A DNA stretch of 64,000 bases. Origin: Candidatus Cloacimonadales bacterium. Its GTDB lineage: Bacteria > Cloacimonadota > Cloacimonadia > Cloacimonadales > JAFGVF01. The translations under genes were made by a program, and so were the position numbers. The DNA lies in assembly GCA_963663475.2 (NCBI GenBank), contig CAXXJV010000001.1, forward strand, positions 1,472,001 through 1,536,000, in the 5' to 3' direction. The notes under the pieces are model-generated. The model was not told the origin of the DNA. It made no database searches and was given only the letters and a program-made list of their open reading frames with translations. Positions 49,545 through 59,676 of the stretch are shown here, in pieces (the stretch's first letter is position 1; every line of letters begins with the position of its first letter).

Positions 49545-52500
49545 ATGAAAGTAAGAAACAAGAGTAAAATACTTTTTGGATTTATGTTTATTTTATTGAC
49601 TTTGATAATTACAAGTTGTGTTATTGAAGTTTTAGAGGTTCATCAGCCTGAACTTGGTTATGTTAATAGTAAAGTGATAACAAGCCTGAGAGCTGATTTA
49701 TCCCAAAATACGGGAAGTGGCGCTTATACCTTATCAATTCTAATGCCTGAAGATTGGTCAATTGAAAATAACCAAGTGGCATATAATTTTGAAAATACTC
49801 AAGGAACATTTTACTTCACATATAATGCTAATAATGCTTCAACAATTACTAATGCTCAAGAAACTCCACCTGGCTATATCTGGTGGTCTGGTCTTTCAGA
49901 AACTCACTCTCCTAATCTAGATAAAGCTGAAGCAAATGTTGTATTTATTACTGGCTCAGTTACTACAGATTATACTCTTAGATATCATGTCGGTGATAAT
50001 TCAGATAATAACCTGTCTGAATATCAATCAGGTCCTAAAGAAATTAGCTTAGTAAGCCAACCTCAAACTGACACTCTTCTTGATGGTAGAGCTTTTCCTA
50101 CAGCTGATACTAATCCCTGGGATAAACATATTTTTGAAGTAAGCTTTTTTTCACCTAATGAAAGTATACCAACTAGTGCAGAATTATTCTTAGATGATGT
50201 TGCTTATCAATTAAACCTAGTTGCAGGTAGTGCCGATAATGGGAAATATGGAGTTGATATAGACTTCATTTCAGGAGGTCAACATGATTATTATTTCTTG
50301 TTTGATAACTCCTTAAGATACCCTACGGGAAATGATAATTTATCTTTAACTGTTAATGATATAGAAATATACTCATTACCATATACAGAAACATTCGAGA
50401 ATGATAGTCCTTCAGTAAACCACTGGACTTTAGCCGGGGACTGGGAGATTGGTCAAGCTATGGGGGATAATGGTCATCCTGAAACTACTTATGAAGGTGA
50501 TTATATTGCTGGTACAGTATTATCTGGAGATGGATTAACTACCGTAAGTACTACTAATTCTATATTTACTTCTCCTGTTTATGATGCTAGAGAAGAAGCT
50601 TCTGTATTCTTGAATTTCTATCATAACTCCCAAATTAATGAGTATTCAAATTTGACAATTAGGGTTGAACAAGTTCAAACTGGCATAAACTTTGATAAAG
50701 ATATACTATCGAGTCAATATACAAATGGATGGGAACAAAAGTCTATAAATATTAGTGATCAAGTTGCTGGTACTTTTTTTAGAGTAATCTTTCAATTCGC
50801 TACAGGCTCCCAAGCTTGCCCAGGAACAGCAATTGATAACTTTAGCATAGATATATCTGATTTCTACGATGCTGAAATGAAGTTCGCTGAAAGCATAATT
50901 GTTGCAGACAAGGGTAGTACTGAAGCTTTTATGTTCTCTTTAAAAAATATAGGTTCAGCAAATGATAACTATGATTTAGAAATTACTCCAAATCCTGAGT
51001 TTTCCTATCAATTACTAGAATATGTAGCTAATGATACTTGGACTCCTCTTAACTTTAACGATATTGAACTTACTCCTTCTCAGGAAATTACTTTAAAATT
51101 ACAAGTACAAGTTCCCCTTGATACTCAATTACAAGAGGAAGAGATTATTCTCAATCTTTCTAGTGATAATGGGATTATGAAATCACAAAATCTTACAACT
51201 AAAGTGAGACCTAATGTATTAACAAGCCAAGAATTTGGCTATGTTATGTATTCTTCTGATTATTCTGATTTAGCTCAATATGATTGGATAGATAGTTCCA
51301 ATGCAATTCTTTTATCAGAAGGAGATTTCCTTTCTAGAACAATGTTGCCTTTAGGCTTTTTCTTTGATTATTTTGACTCAGTATATGATAGCATCTATTT
51401 AACTCCTTATGGAGGTGTTTCTTTTTATAATTATGAGGATTATTCAGATGTAGAAGAAATTCCTGGCAATGATGGTGTTGACTTACTCATTGGGCTATAC
51501 TTCACAGAATTAGGTTTAACTTATGGAGGAAATGCTTATTATCAACAGACAACTGTTACAAATCAAAATGCCTTTATTCTTACTTTCGAAGATTGCTATA
51601 CTTTAGAAAATAGATTTGATAGTTTTTCTGCTCAAATGATCATCTTGGAAAATGGAGATATTAAATTCCAATATGCTAGCCTTCCAGAAGAGTATGAATT
51701 AGGTTATCCACTGGTAGGTATTGAAAATTATTCTGGTACTGATGGAATAAATTTCCAAACAAACTATAATGCATTAAAAGAAAATTATGCCCTCTTATTC
51801 TCTAGAAATTTTGTAGCTATTAATCCTCAACCTGAAAATTACTTCCCTGCTTTAGCTTCTACTGATATTTCGTGGGAAACTGTTGGAGAATTTTCAAGTA
51901 TGAAAGTCTATTTGAAAGAAAATGATAATCAGTTCAGTCAAGCAGATTTAATCTATAATGGAAGTCCAACTTCTTCAATTTCTAACAATCAGATCCCAGC
52001 TATGACAATTAATAATACTTATTACTGGAAAGTGGTGGGTATCACTCAAGAAACTTATGAATTATCTTCTCCTATATACCAATTTTCTATTGCAGGAACT
52101 TCTCAAGCTAGTGGTTATGTAACTGATAGTTATACTGGGCAAGCTCTAGAAGGTGTTTTAGTATCTATTATGGATAATCAAGGTGGGGGAGAGTTTAGAA
52201 ATTCTTCAGAATCTACCTTAACTGATGCAAATGGTTACTGGGAAATGGATCTAATGTCTAATGCTTATTACTTAGAATTTAGTAAGGATGGTTATACTTC
52301 TAATACTGGTGTATACTTGAATCTTTATGGAGATAATTCAATTGATGTTGAAATGGATAGACTTTTTGCAATTAATCCATCACCAGCTAATGATAGCTTT
52401 GATATAAGTACAAACACTGAATTAAGTTGGGATAATCCAGCAGGATATAACTATGCTAGTATAGAAATTTCAGAAAATGAAAGCATGGAAAATGCTAACC

Positions 52501-53924
52501 TTGTTTATGACGGCCCTTTGACTAATAATCTATCTTCAGTTAGTAACTTGCAAGCAGGAAGATATTACTATTGGAGAGTTAATCTTTCTATTAATGGAAA
52601 TGAAAATGTAGCACTAGGCCAAGTATGGCGTTTTAGAACTCAATTTCCTCAATCTATTCCTGTTTCAGATTATGAAGTTGACTACCCAAATTACTATATG
52701 GAAAAAGCAACAAGAATAGCTTCGGGTTATCTAATACCTGGTGGAGAATCAGGAAATAGAGAGAAACTAATGAAAGTGAATAATGAAGGACAAGTTGTTT
52801 GGCAACATCATTATGCTATGACTAATAGTGTGTTTAAGAAAGCTATTAGATTAGATAACGGTAATTATTTAATTATCCGAAATCAAGATACTGGTTATTT
52901 ATACGGTGAAGAGACTGGTCTTAGTGAAGTCAATTCTCAAGGTGCTATTGTCTGGAATCAAAGCTATAAGTATTATGAGGGTTCTTCTTATAGCAATGAA
53001 GATGTTGATGATGGCATTATAGATTCAGCTGGAAATATACTTGTTTGTGGCTCTACTGGCTTTGGTAACTGGGACTTCCTACTAACAAAAGCTGCTAATA
53101 ACGCTAACTCTGCTATGTGGCAAAGAAGATATGGCTTAGAAGATTCACAAGAGAAATGTAATAGTATTCTTGAAGCATCAGGTGGTGGCTATGTTCTTAC
53201 AGGATATAGAGCTGGTACAGAAACTTCAACAATAGGTAATACAAGAGTTTTAGTAATAAAAGTAGATAATCAAGGTAATCCAGTCTGGGAATATGAAGAA
53301 GGATTTGGCCATTCAGGAGATGGTTATTCTTCTGAAGCTTTTAAATCACTTGAACTATCCGATGGTTCTATTCTGATTGCAGGACTTGTTTATGATGAAA
53401 CTTCTCACTTTCAAGTCAATCAATCACTATTAATTAAGATATCTGCCCAAGGGGAAAAAGTGTGGCACAAAACTTACCCAATTAAACAATTTGGTAGAGC
53501 TTTAGATTTAGCAGTAGATAATGATGAAAATATATATATAACTGGTGCTCCTGATGCTATGAAACTCGATAGCCAAGGAAATATTATCTGGATTTATGAA
53601 GATGATAATGATAATATCGGCTCTTATTTCTCAAGTGTATTTGTTACAGAAGCAGGCTTTACTATTGTTGGTGATGGTAAAATTATTATATTTGGACAAA
53701 ACACTGAAAGCCCTTTATCCAAACCATTAAATCCGGAAGTAACTATTACTGATAATCAAGTTGAACTTTCTTGGGTTAATGTTGTAGGTGCTACTTCTTA
53801 TAGAATAGAATCCTCTACAAGTCCTGATGGAGATTATAGTCTTGAAGGAAACTCTCCTACAAATAGCTGGAGTGGATCTTATTCAGGGGATAGAAAATTC
53901 TATCGAGTAAGAGCTGAAAATTAA
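49545..53924 (+). CDS. Giant multidomain secreted (lipo)protein: Ig/FN3, nidogen-like, carboxypeptidase-regulatory-like and beta-propeller regions
   Basis: ATG 49545 with GAGGAG RBS; lipobox-like ITSC; GYVTDSYTGQALEGV..TDANGY module; repeated K.D..GN..W propeller blades; FN3-like tail ending FYRVRAEN. Confidence 0.75.
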   Translation: MKVRNKSKILFGFMFILLTLIITSCVIEVLEVHQPELGYVNSKVITSLRADLSQNTGSGAYTLSILMPEDWSIENNQVAYNFENTQGTFYFTYNANNASTITNAQETPPGYIWWSGLSETHSPNLDKAEANVVFITGSVTTDYTLRYHVGDNSDNNLSEYQSGPKEISLVSQPQTDTLLDGRAFPTADTNPWDKHIFEVSFFSPNESIPTSAELFLDDVAYQLNLVAGSADNGKYGVDIDFISGGQHDYYFLFDNSLRYPTGNDNLSLTVNDIEIYSLPYTETFENDSPSVNHWTLAGDWEIGQAMGDNGHPETTYEGDYIAGTVLSGDGLTTVSTTNSIFTSPVYDAREEASVFLNFYHNSQINEYSNLTIRVEQVQTGINFDKDILSSQYTNGWEQKSINISDQVAGTFFRVIFQFATGSQACPGTAIDNFSIDISDFYDAEMKFAESIIVADKGSTEAFMFSLKNIGSANDNYDLEITPNPEFSYQLLEYVANDTWTPLNFNDIELTPSQEITLKLQVQVPLDTQLQEEEIILNLSSDNGIMKSQNLTTKVRPNVLTSQEFGYVMYSSDYSDLAQYDWIDSSNAILLSEGDFLSRTMLPLGFFFDYFDSVYDSIYLTPYGGVSFYNYEDYSDVEEIPGNDGVDLLIGLYFTELGLTYGGNAYYQQTTVTNQNAFILTFEDCYTLENRFDSFSAQMIILENGDIKFQYASLPEEYELGYPLVGIENYSGTDGINFQTNYNALKENYALLFSRNFVAINPQPENYFPALASTDISWETVGEFSSMKVYLKENDNQFSQADLIYNGSPTSSISNNQIPAMTINNTYYWKVVGITQETYELSSPIYQFSIAGTSQASGYVTDSYTGQALEGVLVSIMDNQGGGEFRNSSESTLTDANGYWEMDLMSNAYYLEFSKDGYTSNTGVYLNLYGDNSIDVEMDRLFAINPSPANDSFDISTNTELSWDNPAGYNYASIEISENESMENANLVYDGPLTNNLSSVSNLQAGRYYYWRVNLSINGNENVALGQVWRFRTQFPQSIPVSDYEVDYPNYYMEKATRIASGYLIPGGESGNREKLMKVNNEGQVVWQHHYAMTNSVFKKAIRLDNGNYLIIRNQDTGYLYGEETGLSEVNSQGAIVWNQSYKYYEGSSYSNEDVDDGIIDSAGNILVCGSTGFGNWDFLLTKAANNANSAMWQRRYGLEDSQEKCNSILEASGGGYVLTGYRAGTETSTIGNTRVLVIKVDNQGNPVWEYEEGFGHSGDGYSSEAFKSLELSDGSILIAGLVYDETSHFQVNQSLLIKISAQGEKVWHKTYPIKQFGRALDLAVDNDENIYITGAPDAMKLDSQGNIIWIYEDDNDNIGSYFSSVFVTEAGFTIVGDGKIIIFGQNTESPLSKPLNPEVTITDNQVELSWVNVVGATSYRIESSTSPDGDYSLEGNSPTNSWSGSYSGDRKFYRVRAEN

Positions 53925-53946
53925 GTAATTAGACTAGAAATATATC

Positions 53947-53972
53947 CAGGACTCTTGATTTCAAGAGTCCTG
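53947..53972. terminator. Palindromic hairpin after the giant gene
   Basis: CAGGACTCTTGA-tt-TCAAGAGTCCTG; no U-tract, so a terminator role is uncertain. Confidence 0.5.
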
Positions 53973-54019
53973 TAAAATAATAATTTTATATTTGTTCGAG
54001 ATAACATACTCTTTACTAT

Positions 54020-54093
54020 TATCCCGAATAGTGCAGAAGAGCTTTGAGAATATGGTGCTATTCTCAAAGCTCTTCTGCATTATTATTAGGTTA
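54020..54093. mobile_element. MITE family A, perfect-hairpin minimal copy
   Basis: 21-bp perfect arms TGCAGAAGAGCTTTGAGAATA-tggtgc-TATTCTCAAAGCTCTTCTGCA inside tatcccgaatag...ttattaggtta. Confidence 0.8.
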
Positions 54094-54349
54094 TATAGCA
54101 TCCACTTTTTCAAAATGTCCCAGTCTTATAAGAATGGTTAAAGATAATTTCACTTTAATATTTACAAAAGCGTCCTTATAATGTGCTATAAACATACTTA
54201 TGGGTTAAATCATATTGCGTTAGATTTTTTTTGTACATAATATATTAATAAAATAATATTTGACATATTCCTATAGCTATTATATTATAGTTTTAATTAT
54301 ATAATCTAACTATTTTTGTTCAGTAAGATAAAATGTTAAGGGGGTAACT

Positions 54350-54679
54350 ATGTCGCGTTATGGTGTTTTTTTCAAGTGGATTAGTCTAGTTCTATCAATT
54401 TTGTTTTTTGTTGCTATTAATATTGATACTAAATCAATACTTGATGACGAACTAGATGTATATAAAAACATGAAAGAGAATAACCATCAAAGCCTGGAAC
54501 AAAAGGAAGCTACTGCTTATGAAGAAGTCTATGATACAAATAATGTTATGGCTAGTAAAAATAGTTCAGTTCCATTAAGTTATACTTTTGCTAAGATATT
54601 TTCGTCTTTTTTGATAATAGTTCTAGCAATAATATTAGGAATTACTGGAAGAATTTTAGCTCCGAAAAAACTTGTGTGA
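54350..54679 (+). CDS. Hypothetical two-TM membrane protein
   Basis: GGGGG RBS, upstream TTGACA-17-TATTAT (54260-54288), hydrophobic helices at both ends. Confidence 0.6.
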   Translation: MSRYGVFFKWISLVLSILFFVAINIDTKSILDDELDVYKNMKENNHQSLEQKEATAYEEVYDTNNVMASKNSSVPLSYTFAKIFSSFLIIVLAIILGITGRILAPKKLV

Positions 54680-54733
54680 AGAATTACTTCTTAATAATTA
54701 AGTAATACTAAGCTTACAATAATAGGAGAATGT

Positions 54734-55026
54734 ATGCGAAAACATGCAAATAAAACAATATGGTTTGGAGTTATCCTAATTATTCTAAGAATAATTTTTT
54801 GAATATTGAGGGACCTTCGGTATAGCGAGTTCACTAAAATCTGGGATTACCTAACATTCATAAAGTTAAAGTAGAGAAGTATCAAGAGAGTGGAAGAGCA
54901 AGTGAATTAATTGAAGATGGTTTTATTGAAGCATATCCTGCAACCACTTTTCTAACTGTTAATACTGATATACTTCTTTATAGCTCTATGTTTAACATTG
55001 CTTTTTTGCTAATTGTTATTAGTTAG
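54734..55026 (+). pseudogene. Decayed two-TM membrane protein gene
   Basis: AGGAG RBS; MRKHANKTIWFGVILIILRIIF, then a frameshift in a T6 run into LNIEGPSV*RVH*NLGLPNIHKVKVEKYQ..SMFNIAFLLIVIS*. Confidence 0.5.
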
Positions 55027-55030
55027 TTTT

Positions 55031-55080
55031 TAAACCCATATAATGCATTATACCTTTGCGAATAGTGTACCACTAGGTTA
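55031..55080. mobile_element. MITE family A, minimal degenerate copy
   Basis: taaacccatataatgcattatacctttgcgaatag matches the left TIR; cactaggtta resembles the right terminus. Confidence 0.65.
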
Positions 55081-55152
55081 AAACTTAGTAATCCAATACC
55101 GCGAAATACATAAATAATACGAAAAAAACAAATGGGATCAGGGTAATATTAA

Positions 55153-55989
55153 ATGTTAAATACTGGGATTTTAAAATATATAAAAAAGATATCACCTCAA
55201 GCTGTGGAGTTTCTGAAATCAATACAAACTGAGCAGATAAAAGTTCTGCATCTAGAACATTTTGGTATTGAAGAAGGATGTATTGTCTCTGCAACTGAGG
55301 ATGGTTTTGCTGTAATATATGTTTCACTACTCAATGATATAGCTCCTAAAAAAATTACTAATATTATTTTTCATGAGATAGCGAATTTTGAACAAGAAAA
55401 AGCAATATCTGAGATATGTTTAAATCTCTTTGGTGAGAACAGAGAGTTAATATCTTTAGCTAGAAAAAATAAGTTTAAAGTAGATTTTGAAGGTTATCAT
55501 ATGGAGTATTATTTATCTGAATTATTACATATAGAAGAGAAAGGATTTGCAATTCAACTCTATAAAAAAGAGATACTTCCTGAAGTTTGCCAACTCTTTG
55601 ATTGTGCCTATAATGAACTAAATAAAAACAATGGTTGGATTGGTAATTATTATCAAGATAATTCTGAGCAGTTTCATAAAAAAATTGAACATAAAAAATC
55701 TGCTAATGATCTGCAATTGTTTTGGTTACAGGAAAAGCTGATAGGAGCATTCATTCTTAGCGATAACTATATTAATGATTTAGTTGTCTTACCTGAATAT
55801 CAAAATAAAGGTTATGGTTCTTATATCCTCAAGTGTTGTCTCAACTTAATGAAAACAGATCATAACTTTTCGAGAGCGAGGTTAAGAGTAGCTGCTAGTA
55901 ATCTGAAAGCTTATAGATTATATCAAAAAATTGGATTTGAAACAATTGCATTTTGCTCAGAACATACTTTAGTTGTCTGTGCAAAATAA
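55153..55989 (+). CDS. GNAT-family N-acetyltransferase
   Basis: C-terminal LVVLPEYQNKGYGS and N.KAYRLYQKIGF motifs. Confidence 0.85.
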   Translation: MLNTGILKYIKKISPQAVEFLKSIQTEQIKVLHLEHFGIEEGCIVSATEDGFAVIYVSLLNDIAPKKITNIIFHEIANFEQEKAISEICLNLFGENRELISLARKNKFKVDFEGYHMEYYLSELLHIEEKGFAIQLYKKEILPEVCQLFDCAYNELNKNNGWIGNYYQDNSEQFHKKIEHKKSANDLQLFWLQEKLIGAFILSDNYINDLVVLPEYQNKGYGSYILKCCLNLMKTDHNFSRARLRVAASNLKAYRLYQKIGFETIAFCSEHTLVVCAK

Positions 55990-56041
55990 ATTATAAAAAA
56001 TATTTGGAAATAGATTAAAAAGGACTACTATATATATAAAT

Positions 56042-56056
56042 TTGGAATTATTCTAA
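56042..56056 (+). promoter_or_regulatory. Putative Per/Fur box
   Basis: 7-1-7 inverted repeat TTGGAAT-T-ATTCTAA (one mismatch), 35 bp upstream of the Fur-family gene. Confidence 0.55.
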
Positions 56057-56091
56057 TATTGTTTAATAAAGTAAGGAAATAAGAGGGGAAA

Positions 56092-56511
56092 ATGAAAGAT
56101 TATACTAAAATATTAAGAGATAAAAAAATATCTCCTTCCATTCAGAGAATCAAAATACTAGAGTTTCTCGATAAGCATAGAAGTCACCCAACAGTTGATG
56201 AAATATTTACTTCTTTGATTCCTGTGATTCCTACTTTATCCAAGATGACCATCTATAATACTTTAAAAATATTTTCTGCGAAAGGATTAATTAAATCAAT
56301 TCCTAATAGCGAAAATGTTGGCCATTATGATTATAACGTTTCACCTCATTCACATTTCAAATGTAGAAAATGCAAAAAAGTCTTTGATATTGATGTGGAT
56401 CTTGGCGTAAGTATTGGTAAGGAAATTGATGGCTACAAAATCGAAGAATATAATTTAATATTAGAAGGCACTTGTAAAGAGTGTAACGATAACGATAAAG
56501 ATAAAATATAA
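56092..56511 (+). CDS. Fur-family regulator, PerR-like
   Basis: HPTVDEI, TIYNTL, HSHFKCRKC and GTCKEC motifs; heads oxidative-stress genes. Confidence 0.88.
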   Translation: MKDYTKILRDKKISPSIQRIKILEFLDKHRSHPTVDEIFTSLIPVIPTLSKMTIYNTLKIFSAKGLIKSIPNSENVGHYDYNVSPHSHFKCRKCKKVFDIDVDLGVSIGKEIDGYKIEEYNLILEGTCKECNDNDKDKI

Positions 56512-56554
56512 TAAAAGATAAATCAAACAATTGACTTTGTTTTGAGGAGAGTGA

Positions 56555-57730
56555 ATGAAAGCTGTAAAGATTAAAGAAAATGTATATTGGGTAGGTGGTG
56601 TAGATTGGGATTTAAGAAATTTTCATGGCTACTTAACTCAAAGAGGTTCAACTTATAATTCTTATTTGATTATTGATGAAAAAATAACTCTTATTGATGG
56701 GGTCAAACATTACTTATTCCCAGAGCTTATTGAAAGAATTTCTGAAATTGTAGATCCTGCTAAGATTGATTATATCATTCATAATCATGTGGAAATGGAT
56801 CATTCAGGTTCTTTACCAAAAATGCTTGAAGTAGCAAAAAATGCCAAGATTTTTGCTTCACCCAATGGGGAAAGAGGTCTAAAGGCTCATTATGGAAATG
56901 ACCTGCAAGTAAATGTTGTAAAAACTGGGGAAACCTTAAATATAGGAAAGAGAGAACTCTGCTTTGTGCTTACTCCAATGGTCCACTGGCCAGATAATAT
57001 GGTAACATGGAGTCCGCAAGATAAGATTCTTTTCTCCAATGATGCCTTTGGTCAACATATTGCATCTTCTGTACATTTTGATGATGAGTATCCTATGAAT
57101 ACCCTCTTTGATGAAGCTCAGAAATACTATGCTAATATTGTTCTCCCTTACGGAGTTCAAGTACAAAAGGCAATGACAACTGTTAAAGAACTACAACCAG
57201 AAGTTATTGCTCCTAGTCATGGCTTAATTTGGAGAAAGCATATTCCTCAGGTTATTGCTAAGTATGATAAATGGGCATCAAATAATGCTGATGAAAGAGC
57301 TGTAATTATCTATGATACAATGTGGGGCTCTACTCAAAAACTTGCAAACGCTATTGCTAGAGGATTTGAGCATAGTGGAGTACCTTTCCAAATGTTTAAT
57401 CTCCAGTATAATCATATTTCTGATATAATGACTGAACTAGTGGAGGCTAAATATATTTGTGTCGGCTCTCCAACCTTAAATAATAATATTCTACCTACAA
57501 ATGCTTCTTTCTTAACTTACCTTAAAGGTCTAGCACCTAAAAATAGAGTAGCTTTAGCATTTGGTTCTTATGGTTGGGGAGGACAGAGTATTGGTTTAGT
57601 AAGAGAAGATTTAGAAAAGTGTAAATTCAAAATGTGGGATGATATAAAACATCAATATATTCCATCTCCAGAATATCTAGAAAAAGTGACTGAAACAATA
57701 ATGAATAACCTAAAAGAAGAGAGGAAATAA
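56555..57730 (+). CDS. fprA: Flavodiiron protein (A-type flavoprotein)
   Basis: HVEMDHSG, HWPD, SNDAFG, PSHG; flavodoxin domain YDTMWGST..FGSYGWG. Confidence 0.95.
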   Translation: MKAVKIKENVYWVGGVDWDLRNFHGYLTQRGSTYNSYLIIDEKITLIDGVKHYLFPELIERISEIVDPAKIDYIIHNHVEMDHSGSLPKMLEVAKNAKIFASPNGERGLKAHYGNDLQVNVVKTGETLNIGKRELCFVLTPMVHWPDNMVTWSPQDKILFSNDAFGQHIASSVHFDDEYPMNTLFDEAQKYYANIVLPYGVQVQKAMTTVKELQPEVIAPSHGLIWRKHIPQVIAKYDKWASNNADERAVIIYDTMWGSTQKLANAIARGFEHSGVPFQMFNLQYNHISDIMTELVEAKYICVGSPTLNNNILPTNASFLTYLKGLAPKNRVALAFGSYGWGGQSIGLVREDLEKCKFKMWDDIKHQYIPSPEYLEKVTETIMNNLKEERK

Positions 57731-57731
57731 A

Positions 57732-58247
57732 ATGATTAAGAAGAGATTAGTTGATGAAATTAATGAACAGATTAATAGAGAACTAAATTCTGAATATATA
57801 TACTTAGATATGGCAACATATTTTGAAAAAGAAGGCTTGACAGGTTTTGCTCAATTCTTCAAAATTCAAGTGCAAGAAGAAAGATTCCATGCTATGAAAT
57901 TTTACCAATACTTAGCTGATAGAGATGGAGACATTCTCTTAAAAGAATTGGCAAATCCTCATCATGAATATAAATCACCTATGGAAGTCTTTGAAAAAGC
58001 TTATGCTCATGAACAGTATATCACTAAATCTATAAATGATTTAATGGCTATTGCTATTGAAGAAAAAGACTATGCTACTGTTAGCTTACTTAACTGGTAT
58101 GTCGATGAGCAAGTTGAAGAAGAAGCTACAATGAGTGAAATAATTGATAAATTGAAACTTATAGAAGGTTCAGGTCGTGGACATGGCTTGATGATGTTAG
58201 ATAAAGAACTTGGTGCAAGAACATTTACACCACCAACTAATGCCTAA
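57732..58247 (+). CDS. ftnA: Non-heme ferritin
   Basis: EQINREL, EERFHA, HEQYIT and WYVDEQVEEE ferroxidase residues. Confidence 0.92.
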   Translation: MIKKRLVDEINEQINRELNSEYIYLDMATYFEKEGLTGFAQFFKIQVQEERFHAMKFYQYLADRDGDILLKELANPHHEYKSPMEVFEKAYAHEQYITKSINDLMAIAIEEKDYATVSLLNWYVDEQVEEEATMSEIIDKLKLIEGSGRGHGLMMLDKELGARTFTPPTNA

Positions 58248-58287
58248 AAAAAGCTTAAAGCAAAAATAAATAAGGAGAAATTATACT

Positions 58288-58428
58288 ATGGAAAAATACG
58301 AATGCTTAGCATGTGGATACATTTATGATCCAGCAGAAAACAACAACGTCGCATTTGAAGATTTACCTGAAGATTGGACATGCCCTCTTTGCGGTGTTGG
58401 CAAAGATATGTTCCAAGTAAAAGAATAA
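58288..58428 (+). CDS. Rubredoxin (46 aa, missed by the ORF track)
   Basis: [55 protein letters not shown]. Confidence 0.95.
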   Translation: MEKYECLACGYIYDPAENNNVAFEDLPEDWTCPLCGVGKDMFQVKE

Positions 58429-58437
58429 TTATAAGTT

Positions 58438-58465
58438 AGAAGGGTTGGAAACAACCCTTCTTTTT
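58438..58465 (+). terminator. Internal intrinsic terminator between the two rubredoxin genes
   Basis: AGAAGGGTTG-GAAA-CAACCCTTCT followed by TTTT. Confidence 0.75.
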
Positions 58466-58478
58466 CAAAATACCAGAA

Positions 58479-58670
58479 ATGGATAAATACGAATGCGTTG
58501 CTTGTGGTTATGTATATGACCCCAAAGAACATCATAATATCGATTTTTCACTGCTTCCTGAAACTTTTATCTGCCCTAATTGTGGTGCTCAAATAGAAAT
58601 GTTTCAAAAAGTAGTAATTTTCGATAGAGAACATGCACCATTTGAATTTAAAAAAATTAGAGGAAAATAA
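58479..58670 (+). CDS. Second rubredoxin with C-terminal extension
   Basis: CVACGYVYDP..LPETFICPNCG. Confidence 0.85.
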   Translation: MDKYECVACGYVYDPKEHHNIDFSLLPETFICPNCGAQIEMFQKVVIFDREHAPFEFKKIRGK

Positions 58671-58683
58671 CTAAAGAGGAGTA

Positions 58684-59169
58684 ATGATGCAAAATCTATC
58701 AGTTAATGAAGTTATTGAGTTTGCTTTAAATATAGAAAGAAATGGAAAGGCATTTTATGAAAGTGCTCTTGAAAGAAGTAGTTTAGAAGATAATGCTAGA
58801 GCTTTAATCACTATGCTAAGAGATGAAGAAGTAGGGCATGAAAAGTATTTTAAAACATTAAGAGATTCAGAAGATTTAGCTGAATTAGTTGATCCTGATG
58901 GTTGGGAAATGACATCTTCCTATCTAGATTCAATAATTCAAGCTCATATCTTTAATAAAGAGGGTTCATCAATCAAGTTAGCTACTGAAGCAAAAGATAC
59001 AGCTGAGATTATTAAATTTGCTATGCAATTTGAAAAAGATACTCTTCTTTATTTCCATACACTTTATGGTGAAACTAAAGATCCTAAAGCTCAGAAAGCT
59101 ATTTTTAGAATTATCAAAGAAGAAATGAAACATCTTAAGAAACTTCAAGAAATTGAAAAGGACTTTTAA
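58684..59169 (+). CDS. Rubrerythrin-like ferritin-family diiron protein
   Basis: IERNG..FY, DEEVGH, FEKDTLLYF and EEMKH motifs. Confidence 0.85.
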   Translation: MMQNLSVNEVIEFALNIERNGKAFYESALERSSLEDNARALITMLRDEEVGHEKYFKTLRDSEDLAELVDPDGWEMTSSYLDSIIQAHIFNKEGSSIKLATEAKDTAEIIKFAMQFEKDTLLYFHTLYGETKDPKAQKAIFRIIKEEMKHLKKLQEIEKDF

Positions 59170-59175
59170 TCAGAG

Positions 59176-59655
59176 ATGGCTGATTTATTTGAGATAAATA
59201 GTCCAGCTCCTACTTTCTCTCTACCAGATAGCCAGGGAAAGATTATCTCTAATGAGGATTACTTAGGTAAATGGTTAATACTTTATTTTTACCCAAAAGA
59301 TGATACACCAGGTTGTAGTCTTGAAGCAAATGATTTTTCTCGATTAGTTGGTGATTTTAAAGATTTAGGTGTTGAAATAGTGGGAGTTAGTAAAGATTCT
59401 ACTCAGTCACACTGTAACTTTATTGAAAAGCATAAACTAAAAATTAATTTGTTAAGCGACCTTGATTTACAAGTAATCAAAAGCTATAAAGCTTGGGGAA
59501 TCAAGAAGAATTATGGAAAAGAATATGAAGGTCTTATCCGATCAACATTCTTAATTAATCCCCAAGGTAAGCTAACTAAATATTGGTCTAATGTTAGAGC
59601 TAAAGGGCATGCAGATCGAGTATTAAAAGAAGTAAAAAAACTATTAGATAAGTAA
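59176..59655 (+). CDS. bcp: Peroxiredoxin BCP/PrxQ
   Basis: YFYPKDDTPGC and RSTFLI motifs. Confidence 0.92.
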   Translation: MADLFEINSPAPTFSLPDSQGKIISNEDYLGKWLILYFYPKDDTPGCSLEANDFSRLVGDFKDLGVEIVGVSKDSTQSHCNFIEKHKLKINLLSDLDLQVIKSYKAWGIKKNYGKEYEGLIRSTFLINPQGKLTKYWSNVRAKGHADRVLKEVKKLLDK

Positions 59656-59676
59656 CAAAAAACATAGGAGAAAGAT

